From Myxococcota bacterium (lineage in GTDB: Bacteria; Myxococcota_A; UBA796; UBA2385), in assembly GCA_044344255.1 (NCBI GenBank), contig JBIJDH010000017.1:22125-86124 (forward strand): a DNA stretch of 64,000 nt. Direction: 5' to 3'. Within the stretch, counting starts at the first letter, position 1, and each line of letters opens with the position of its first letter. The notes under the pieces were generated by a model, which saw only the letters and a list, made by a program, of their open reading frames with translations, was not told the DNA's origin and did no database searches. Shown here in pieces: positions 58,201-64,000 of the stretch. Both the position numbers and the translations under genes were made by a program.

Positions 58201-59787
58201 CCAGCGCCCCTCAAAGCCGAGGTCAGCCTTCGTGACCTCGACCTGGTCGCCGTGCACCCCCTCGACGTCGAGGCGGACGGCGCCGCTGACCCCGCGCGCG
58301 TCATAGCGGGCCTGGAGGGGGCCGGAGAGGCGGTCGACCCGGTAGCCGGAGTGGCCAACCCCTGCGCCGCTGAGCCGGCCCTCCACCTCCACCACCGGCG
58401 CCGATGCCCAGTCCGCCCCCACCAGCCCGGAGAAGTGGGCGCGCCCCTCCGCCCCGGTGAGGCCATAGGCCGACAGGGCGCCGAGGCGGGGGACATCAAC
58501 GGCGGCCTGCACCGACGCCCGGCTGCGCTGGAGGTCGATGTCACCGCTGGCCTCCAGGTGGCCGAGGGGGTGCTCCGCTGCGATCCGCCGCACCTTGACC
58601 TGACCGGCCGCGAGCTCGGCCTCCACCTGGAGCCCCCGCAGCGCCTCCCCCGCGAAGCGCTGCTCACCGCCCTCCACCGCCACCCGCGCGGTGATGCCCC
58701 CGGGCCAGTCGGTGCCCTCTCCCTCCACCGCGTATCGACCGGCGAGGTGGATGAGGGCGGGGCTCATCGGGCTCAGGCGCTCGACGTCGAGGCCCGGGCT
58801 GTCGAGCGCGAAGCGCCAGGCGAGGGGGCTCGCGGTGGTGTCGAGCCAGCCCTCGAGGTGAGCGCGGCCCGCCGCGTCGTCGAGGTCGAGCGCGAGCGAC
58901 AGATCGGAGAGGCGGCCGCTCACCGTCCCGGTCGCGGCGAGATCGTGGTCGAGCACGGTCTCCCCGGCGAGGCGGTTGACGTCGGCTGCGGAGACCCGGT
59001 CGAAGCGGGCGCGGAGGTCGAGGGCGAGCTCGCGCTCCACCCCCGCTACCGAGCCCGAGAGCGAGGCGCGGGTCTCGTCTGCGGCGAGATCGAGGCGGCG
59101 GACCGTGAGGTCGCCCCCCTCATAGAGCAGATCGCCGTCGATGGAGAGGTCAAGGGCCTCCGGCGCCGCCATCGCACCCTCCACGCGCAGCCGGGGCAGG
59201 TCGATCCGGGTCCCCTCCACCTCCCCGTTGGCCGCGAGCGCGAGGCCCAGCAGGTCAACCCGACTGCCATCCGCCTCGACGATGTGCAGCGCCCCGCCCT
59301 GCAGACGCAGCTCATCGACGAGGACGTGGAGCGGCAGGCCCGCCCAGGGGCCGGCGGCGGGATCGGGGGGCGTGGCGGGGCCGAAGAGGGCCACGAGATC
59401 GTAGCGCCCGTCGGCGCCAGCGCGCAGGTTCACGGTGGGCCGATCGACAAACAGCCCGGTGACCCGGACTCGCCGCTCGAGGAGGCCGTCGAGGTCCCAG
59501 CCGAGCTCGACGGCCTCGATGGTGACCAGCTCCTCTCCGCTGGCGCCGCGCAGGCGCAGGCCCCGGAGGGTGAGGCCGTGCAGGAGGTCGGTCTCGAGGC
59601 CCTGGAGCTCCACCACCCCGTCCGGCACGAGGATGGCAGCCTGCTTCAGAGCCTGCTGGCGGATGAACTCGTTCCCACGCTCGGTACGGAGCCAGGCCAC
59701 GAAGGCGACCCCACCGAGCAGGCCGGCGAGCCCCAAGCCCAGACCGCCGAGCCCGAGGCCCAGGAGCCAGCGGCGGGCCCGAGTCAA
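55210..59787 (-). CDS. tamB: translocation/assembly module TamB
   Basis: 1525 aa, N-terminal TM anchor, long beta-rich body, DUF490-like C-terminus ending LYWRWRF. TTGA-coupled downstream of an Omp85 gene. Confidence 0.8.
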   Translation of the reverse strand: MTRARRWLLGLGLGGLGLGLAGLLGGVAFVAWLRTERGNEFIRQQALKQAAILVPDGVVELQGLETDLLHGLTLRGLRLRGASGEELVTIEAVELGWDLDGLLERRVRVTGLFVDRPTVNLRAGADGRYDLVALFGPATPPDPAAGPWAGLPLHVLVDELRLQGGALHIVEADGSRVDLLGLALAANGEVEGTRIDLPRLRVEGAMAAPEALDLSIDGDLLYEGGDLTVRRLDLAADETRASLSGSVAGVERELALDLRARFDRVSAADVNRLAGETVLDHDLAATGTVSGRLSDLSLALDLDDAAGRAHLEGWLDTTASPLAWRFALDSPGLDVERLSPMSPALIHLAGRYAVEGEGTDWPGGITARVAVEGGEQRFAGEALRGLQVEAELAAGQVKVRRIAAEHPLGHLEASGDIDLQRSRASVQAAVDVPRLGALSAYGLTGAEGRAHFSGLVGADWASAPVVEVEGRLSGAGVGHSGYRVDRLSGPLQARYDARGVSGAVRLDVEGVHGDQVEVTKADLGFEGRWTQGSGAGEGQLSLRADGLRLGGGVVEVESVEGVVAANLDPQGALRVDSEPIWVRGITYTPTGYRVDGGPVIASVHGDQIAVEADLQRLGLPVLQGAVTGDLGSGAWQVDGLVLGLDPAQPMRSPGPGRFRLADGGVQDIEIGLAGPLGALSVQGSLFPRGRPGTDLHLVVDELDLGLVAGLAPFFIAPPKEGEAGPIDGLDGLTHIDATLLADAAGAWSLQASGALVGLRYPEVAEGIDVAVEIEGPVESPTLGIRVSAEEGLLFVGEGRLPLDLEAPGLACGEAVDLRLLLAPGELGRLHRHLLVLPELEGEASAELHLTGPACDPDVELVSAARLPFDDGRDRVRVDARVNRRGGDLHLDASVEQRWNRRFALTGEAETRLGQVFAWALAGAPEPPLDAPSTWLSSLDLRMSTVNEGIAVEELARWLDLPSGLSGHLAGGVVVQGSAESPVLEGGFMLLDGSVGTVPIDLGVLGVSPVPGGYELDLRLGFKKQGDISVSGHVPFDLRPDLSTEAMLATPGLALELHGGGLPLRLLEGLVPGVSDTQGRLKVAGNLRGSLQKPTPTLKLELRDGALSYAPLGTRYQDIDLDLSLAGERLLLHRLFIQDGPMYGGALGAGKGSLEGSGDLTFDELDPKRLQVNLELDDFWLTHTDDMKIQVDSKLVISGDLPELRLRGDVDLVQGKVILGEDLFLADQTLGVDPALRIHRVKGGEEVGDRAPAPTDSLTGIDVEIKVDLQQSLHFNVTVPLQGGQLAKVSTVSAEVDLDSPEPLDVWLRDGNFGLNGTVEVRRGDMNILNRAFEVGGGSMSFVGDDMDEATFDFSAVRHTGEYGDISAQVKGYLGDLTSAGMQGSSGDAEPILSFTSDQGLEQADILSILILGKPLSDLTENESQVGLTTLFSLAGNQLSRVVGSSLRGGQFEFDEGTFKAGWPVPGADRLFLGAEWRASAETTSTTEENRFSVNLQWLITRRLYAEMVTGDAGVSDASLYWRWRF

Positions 59788-62024
59788 AAGGCCTCCGAGA
59801 CAGAGAAGTGCACGCCGTACCGGGGCTCGAGGCTGAACATCGGCTCGTCGTCGAGGCGACGGGCGAGGTCGAGGCGCACCGGGCCGATCGGGCTCTTGTA
59901 TCGGAGGCCCGCCCCCACGGAGGGGAGGAGCACGGGGGGCCAGGCGGCGGCGAGGTCTTCCCAGGCCATGCCCGCGTCGACGAAGAGGGCCCCCCCGAAG
60001 CCGCCCGCCCCGTAGAGCCGGAGCTCCGCGCTCGTGAAGAGCGAGGCGAGGCCGCCGATCGGCTGGATCTCCTCGGTGGGCTGCTCGGAGCCGAGGCGGC
60101 CGGGCGGGCAGGACTCGAGCGTGTAGGGCGATCCCTCCGGCAGGCCCACCTCTTCGAGGGCCGTGAGGTCGCAGATGTAGGGCCCGAGGTGATCCTGGCG
60201 CCAGCCGCGCACGGTGGTCGAGCCGCCGAGGCGGAGGCGCTCTGCCACCGGCGCCGCCGCCGAGGCTCCTTCGCCGTAGGGCCGGAGCAGGCCGCCCCCG
60301 AGGCGGAAGGCGAGCGCGCCGCGGGAGGCGTTGAGCAGCCGGTTCAGGCCGGGGATTCGCACGAGGCTGAAGTAGACCCGTTGATCGGCCCGAAAGCGAA
60401 CGTAGTCGTAGAAGCCGCCGAAGGGCCCGCCGGCCTCGGAGACGTCGTAGATGCCGTAGAGGCCCGAGCGCGGCGAGAGGATGTCGTCGCGGGTGTCGTA
60501 CTGGACGGACTGTGTCAGGTACGACAGGAGGTATGGGTCTCGAAAGTTAAGGTCAAAACGGCGGAGCGCCTTGCTCGGATCGATCGTGAGGTCGATGTAA
60601 TCAAAGTAGACGAGGTGGTACGAAGAGCCCACCGTCCAGTGTTCGCCCAGGCGGCCGCTCAAGCCAGGCGACCAGGCGGGCGTGGAGAAGCGGTAGCCCT
60701 CCTCGACGCCGAGCTCATAGGAGACGGTGTTCGAGACCTGCCAACGCTTCCAGGGGATCCGCGGCACCACGAGCTCGACGCTGCTCATCACGGTGGGGCC
60801 GTGGGTGCTCGACGCGGCGTCCGCGGCGGGCTCGCTCGTCGCCACCTCCTCGACCACGCTCGTCAGGTCGGACAGGGTGGAGAGCGAGGTGTAGCCCACC
60901 TCATTCGACAGGTTCAACCGTACGAGGTGGTTGCCGACGTTGGCGTGGTCGAAGTCGACGGAGCCGTGCACGTCGAGCTTGCCAGGCGCCACCTCGAAGC
61001 CTCCGCCGAGGCGGAGCTGGCGAGCGAGGCCCTCGACGAGCACCACGCGCACGGGCACGATCTGGTGCAACACCACAGGGCTGCCGTCGGGGCCGGGCTT
61101 CTTGGCGAAGACGGGCGTGGCGTTCTCGAGATCGGGGATCACCCGCACCACCGAGAAGACCCCGAGGCCGAAGAGGCGACGCTGGGTGCGGGCGAGGGCG
61201 CTCGTCTGGAAGATCTCCCCCTCAGGGACGTCGAGCTGATCGGTGACCAGCGCGACCGGGAGCCCGATGTCGCCCTCGACGCGGGCGGGCCCGAAGCGGC
61301 AGAAGTCCCCCCGCGTGACCTCGATGTGCACGTAGGCGGCATGCTCCTCGGGGAAGGACTCTACCGAGGCCGAGACCTTGGCGAAGGCATACCCTCGGTC
61401 TTGGAGGGCCTCGGTGACGAGGGCCACCGTGGCGTTGACCGACTCGAGCTCCAGCCGCTCGCCCTCCTGCACCGGGATCTCCCGCTGGAGCAGGCGGAGG
61501 AAGGCCGAGCTGCTGCCCTCCTCGGGGACCTCGGCCCCCGACGCGTCGAGCCAGCTGAAGCGGAGGCTGCGCACCAGGGTGGCCGGGCCGACGTCGAGGT
61601 GGCCGATCACCTGCACCGAAGGACGGGAGCTCAGGCCCAGCGCCCGACGCCCGCGCCCGACCCCGACCACCTCCCAGCCGAGGAAGCGGGCGTCGAGGTA
61701 GCCGCGGTGGGCGAGCCAGGTCTCGATGCGCCAGGCGTCTGCTTCGAGCTTGTCCTGGTCGAGGCTCACCTTTCTGTGACGGGGCCGCACCCAGGCGAAG
61801 GCGGGGTTCTGGGTCTGCTCCATCGCGGTGCGAAGGTTCACGTCGCTCGTGTCGGAGAAGAGGCCGCCGTCGCCCTCGAAGCGGATCGCCTGCACGGCGG
61901 GGAGCTGCGAGGGCGCCGGACGCCGGGCCGCGCAGCCGATCACCCACAGCGCGAGCAGCCCGCCGAGGCGGAGGCGCGACGGGAGGGCGGGCGGCGGCAG
62001 GGATGGAGAGGGGCGCGGCGGCAT
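59784..62024 (-). CDS. tamA: BamA/TamA-family Omp85 outer membrane protein
   Basis: POTRA-like segments (RGYLDA, RGYAFAKV, LGVFSVV), YDTRDD, GGSTTVRGW, ELR, FVDAG, GAGLRYKSPIGPVRLDLA, C-terminal EAF. Confidence 0.88.
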   Translation of the reverse strand: MPPRPSPSLPPPALPSRLRLGGLLALWVIGCAARRPAPSQLPAVQAIRFEGDGGLFSDTSDVNLRTAMEQTQNPAFAWVRPRHRKVSLDQDKLEADAWRIETWLAHRGYLDARFLGWEVVGVGRGRRALGLSSRPSVQVIGHLDVGPATLVRSLRFSWLDASGAEVPEEGSSSAFLRLLQREIPVQEGERLELESVNATVALVTEALQDRGYAFAKVSASVESFPEEHAAYVHIEVTRGDFCRFGPARVEGDIGLPVALVTDQLDVPEGEIFQTSALARTQRRLFGLGVFSVVRVIPDLENATPVFAKKPGPDGSPVVLHQIVPVRVVLVEGLARQLRLGGGFEVAPGKLDVHGSVDFDHANVGNHLVRLNLSNEVGYTSLSTLSDLTSVVEEVATSEPAADAASSTHGPTVMSSVELVVPRIPWKRWQVSNTVSYELGVEEGYRFSTPAWSPGLSGRLGEHWTVGSSYHLVYFDYIDLTIDPSKALRRFDLNFRDPYLLSYLTQSVQYDTRDDILSPRSGLYGIYDVSEAGGPFGGFYDYVRFRADQRVYFSLVRIPGLNRLLNASRGALAFRLGGGLLRPYGEGASAAAPVAERLRLGGSTTVRGWRQDHLGPYICDLTALEEVGLPEGSPYTLESCPPGRLGSEQPTEEIQPIGGLASLFTSAELRLYGAGGFGGALFVDAGMAWEDLAAAWPPVLLPSVGAGLRYKSPIGPVRLDLARRLDDEPMFSLEPRYGVHFSVSEAF

Positions 62025-62090
62025 TCGGTGCGAGCATGTATCGCCGATCTCACGCGGCGCCCTTGCCTCGACGTGTTCGGCTGCGGCGGC

Positions 62091-63557
62091 TCAGGGTGCC
62101 CCGCCGAAGGTCCAGGTGGTCGCGAGGCCCAGGCGGTGCTCGATCGGCAGGGTCGCGTCCATCGGCATCTCCATCTCGTAGGCGAGGCCGGGGAGCACGT
62201 CGCCGCCCGCGTCGACGGGGAGCGAGAGGCCGAGGCCGAGATCGAGCAGCAGCCAAGCGTCGGCGTCGGTGGTCTCGGCCTGGGGGTCAAAGTAGCCCCA
62301 GCGCCCTGAGAGGACGAGCGCGCCCATCGAGGCGGCCGGCAGCGGCAAGCGCGCCTCCGCCGCCGCCTGGCCGCCGATGAAGGCGACCGCCGCGCCCTCG
62401 ACCCCTGCGGCGCCGTACTGGATGAGCGGCCCGTAGCCGGGGGCCGCGTTGCCCCCGAGGTACTCGCCCAGCACCCTCACCTGCTCGCCCTCCCACTCCA
62501 CCGCCGCCGACACGCCCACGGTGGGGGCCCGGTCGAGGGGCTGCGGGGCGAGCTCCCCGGAGGCCACGAGCTTGAGCTTCGTGCCATAGACGAGGCGGGC
62601 CGACGCCGCGAGGGGGAAGGCGCCCGTGTCGAGCACCGGCCCGGCCTGCCCGTTGCCGAGGAGGACCGTCAGCGCGAGGCCCTTCCCCACCGCGCTCGCC
62701 GAGAGGCCGAGCTCCCGGTGAGGGGCCAACCCGGCCAGCTCCGCCACCGACTGACCGCGCACCGCGAGGGGCAGGTAGGCCCCGTCGGAGACGCTCGCGA
62801 AGTGGCCGACCAGGCCGAAGACCGGGTCCTGTACACCGAGGCGGAGCGAGGCCCCCGCCTCCCCCATCGAGCCGGGCTCGCCGTGGAGGTCGATCCAGGC
62901 GTCGTGGAAGAGGGCCGCCTCTCCCGGATCGAGCTCAGGGCTCCGGCCGTCGGGCGCGCTGAGATCAACCCCGGGGGCCGCGCTCAGCCGGAGCCGGGCG
63001 CGGGCGTGGTCGCCGAGCCGAGCCTCCCCGCCGAAGAGGGCGCGCGGCAGGCGGAAGGAGAGCCCTGGCGAGCTGTCTCCTTCGTGTTCGAGGTCGAAGA
63101 CGAGGTCGGCCTGCAGCTCGGCCTGGACCGCGACACGCCCGAGGGGCGCCGGCTGGGCCAAGGCGGGCGGCGGGGCGGCGGCGGGCAGAGGGGCGGTGAC
63201 GGGCAGCGGGGCGGCGGCGGGCGGCGGGGCGGCGGCGGGCGGCGGGGCGGCGGGCGGCGGCGGGTCCTGCGCGCCGCCTTCGCCAATCCAACCGCCGGCC
63301 CTGCGGATCACGCCCTCGGCCCAGTAGACGTCTGTCTTGGCCCCTCCCTCGTGTACGACGGTCCAGCGGCCGGTGGGGTCCGTCGCGACCGCCTCCCGCA
63401 CGGCCGGTCGGCCCCCCACCGCGCCGTCCACGACGAAGACCCCGTCGGGCTTCACGAGCAGCTCATGCTCCGCGGCCCAGGCCCGGCCCGGGAGGCCCGC
63501 GACCCCGAGGGCGAGGGCCAGCGCGAGGGGCACGTTGAGCAGGGGGGCACGTCTCAT
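62091..63557 (-). CDS. hypothetical secreted protein, possible porin-like beta-barrel after a Pro/Ala linker
   Basis: Signal peptide ending AWA, PPPAAAP linker, amphipathic strands (DAWIDL, LRLGVQDPVFG), C-terminal LATTWTF. AAGGA RBS. Confidence 0.55.
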   Translation of the reverse strand: MRRAPLLNVPLALALALGVAGLPGRAWAAEHELLVKPDGVFVVDGAVGGRPAVREAVATDPTGRWTVVHEGGAKTDVYWAEGVIRRAGGWIGEGGAQDPPPPAAPPPAAAPPPAAAPLPVTAPLPAAAPPPALAQPAPLGRVAVQAELQADLVFDLEHEGDSSPGLSFRLPRALFGGEARLGDHARARLRLSAAPGVDLSAPDGRSPELDPGEAALFHDAWIDLHGEPGSMGEAGASLRLGVQDPVFGLVGHFASVSDGAYLPLAVRGQSVAELAGLAPHRELGLSASAVGKGLALTVLLGNGQAGPVLDTGAFPLAASARLVYGTKLKLVASGELAPQPLDRAPTVGVSAAVEWEGEQVRVLGEYLGGNAAPGYGPLIQYGAAGVEGAAVAFIGGQAAAEARLPLPAASMGALVLSGRWGYFDPQAETTDADAWLLLDLGLGLSLPVDAGGDVLPGLAYEMEMPMDATLPIEHRLGLATTWTFGGAP

Positions 63558-63605
63558 GCGGATTCCTTCGGCCTGGAGCGGGGCCACACGTTAGCCACCC
63601 GAGCC

Positions 63606-64000
63606 GTGACCATCAATGACGACCACTCGCCTGCCCTCGAGCCCCGCGTCTACCGCGGGCTCACCCTCGATCCCTTTCAAGCGCAGGCCATCGGCGCGCT
63701 GGAGGCCGGGCACAGCGTGCTCGTCTGCGCCCCCACCGGGACGGGCAAGACCGTCGTCGCCGACTGGATGGTGGAGAAGGTGCTCGCGCGCGGGCAGCAG
63801 GTGGTCTACACCGCGCCGATCAAGGCCCTGTCCAACCAGAAGTTCCGCGACTACTGCCGCATCTTCGGGGAAGACCGCGTCGGCCTCGTGACGGGTGACC
63901 TCGTCATTCGCCGAGACGCCCCCTGCCGGGTGATGACGACCGAGATCCTGCGCAACATGCTGCTCGTCGGGGATGACCTCCCTGCGCTCGGCGCCGTCAT
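63606..64000 (+). CDS. 3'-truncated Ski2/HelY-like DEAD/DEAH-box helicase
   Basis: Own translation from GTG 63606 (not in ORF track): LDPFQAQAI...VLVCAPTGTGKT...YTAPIKALSNQKFRD...GLVTGD...VMTTEILRNML. Confidence 0.9.
   Translation, partial: MTINDDHSPALEPRVYRGLTLDPFQAQAIGALEAGHSVLVCAPTGTGKTVVADWMVEKVLARGQQVVYTAPIKALSNQKFRDYCRIFGEDRVGLVTGDLVIRRDAPCRVMTTEILRNMLLVGDDLPALGAV

Noticed and set aside
55945-60015. 1356-aa plus-strand ORF
   Set aside because: Antisense shadow of tamB/tamA.

Overview
High-GC bacterial chromosomal segment. The gene content suggests a Myxococcota/Deltaproteobacteria-like organism (inference from DCDD-repeat and FG-GAP lipoproteins, kinase-STAND-WD40 and FHA regulators, and FAAL enzymes). 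About 43 genes are supported; most long opposite-strand ORFs in the track are high-GC shadows. Housekeeping genes include lgt, ldcA, pruA, an XPB helicase with its partner, xseB, tonB-exbB-exbD-exbD, plsC, ispA, tlyA, tamA/tamB and a HelY-like helicase. The main highlight is a compact minus-strand biosynthetic operon (34070-44177) with no KS or condensation domain. It encodes a stand-alone FAAL, a FAAL-ACP-reductase, an ACP-FkbH-carrier-reductase-cyclase-like megaenzyme and a SnoaL protein, and probably makes a reduced acyl/alkyl-glyceryl lipid. Other highlights: (1) an unannotated ~180-nt rod-shaped RNA behind a TTGACA promoter (6S RNA candidate, 22888-23068); (2) a sigma-54 promoter with paired upstream palindromes driving a GT2/radical-SAM operon next to a sigma-54 activator; (3) a signalling island (44257-55181) with two STAND NTPases, an FHA-wHTH regulator, an anchor-less fibre-like secreted protein and a perfect 16-bp operator palindrome. 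No CRISPR array, rRNA, tRNA or transposase was recognised. All calls come from motif reading, not database searches.
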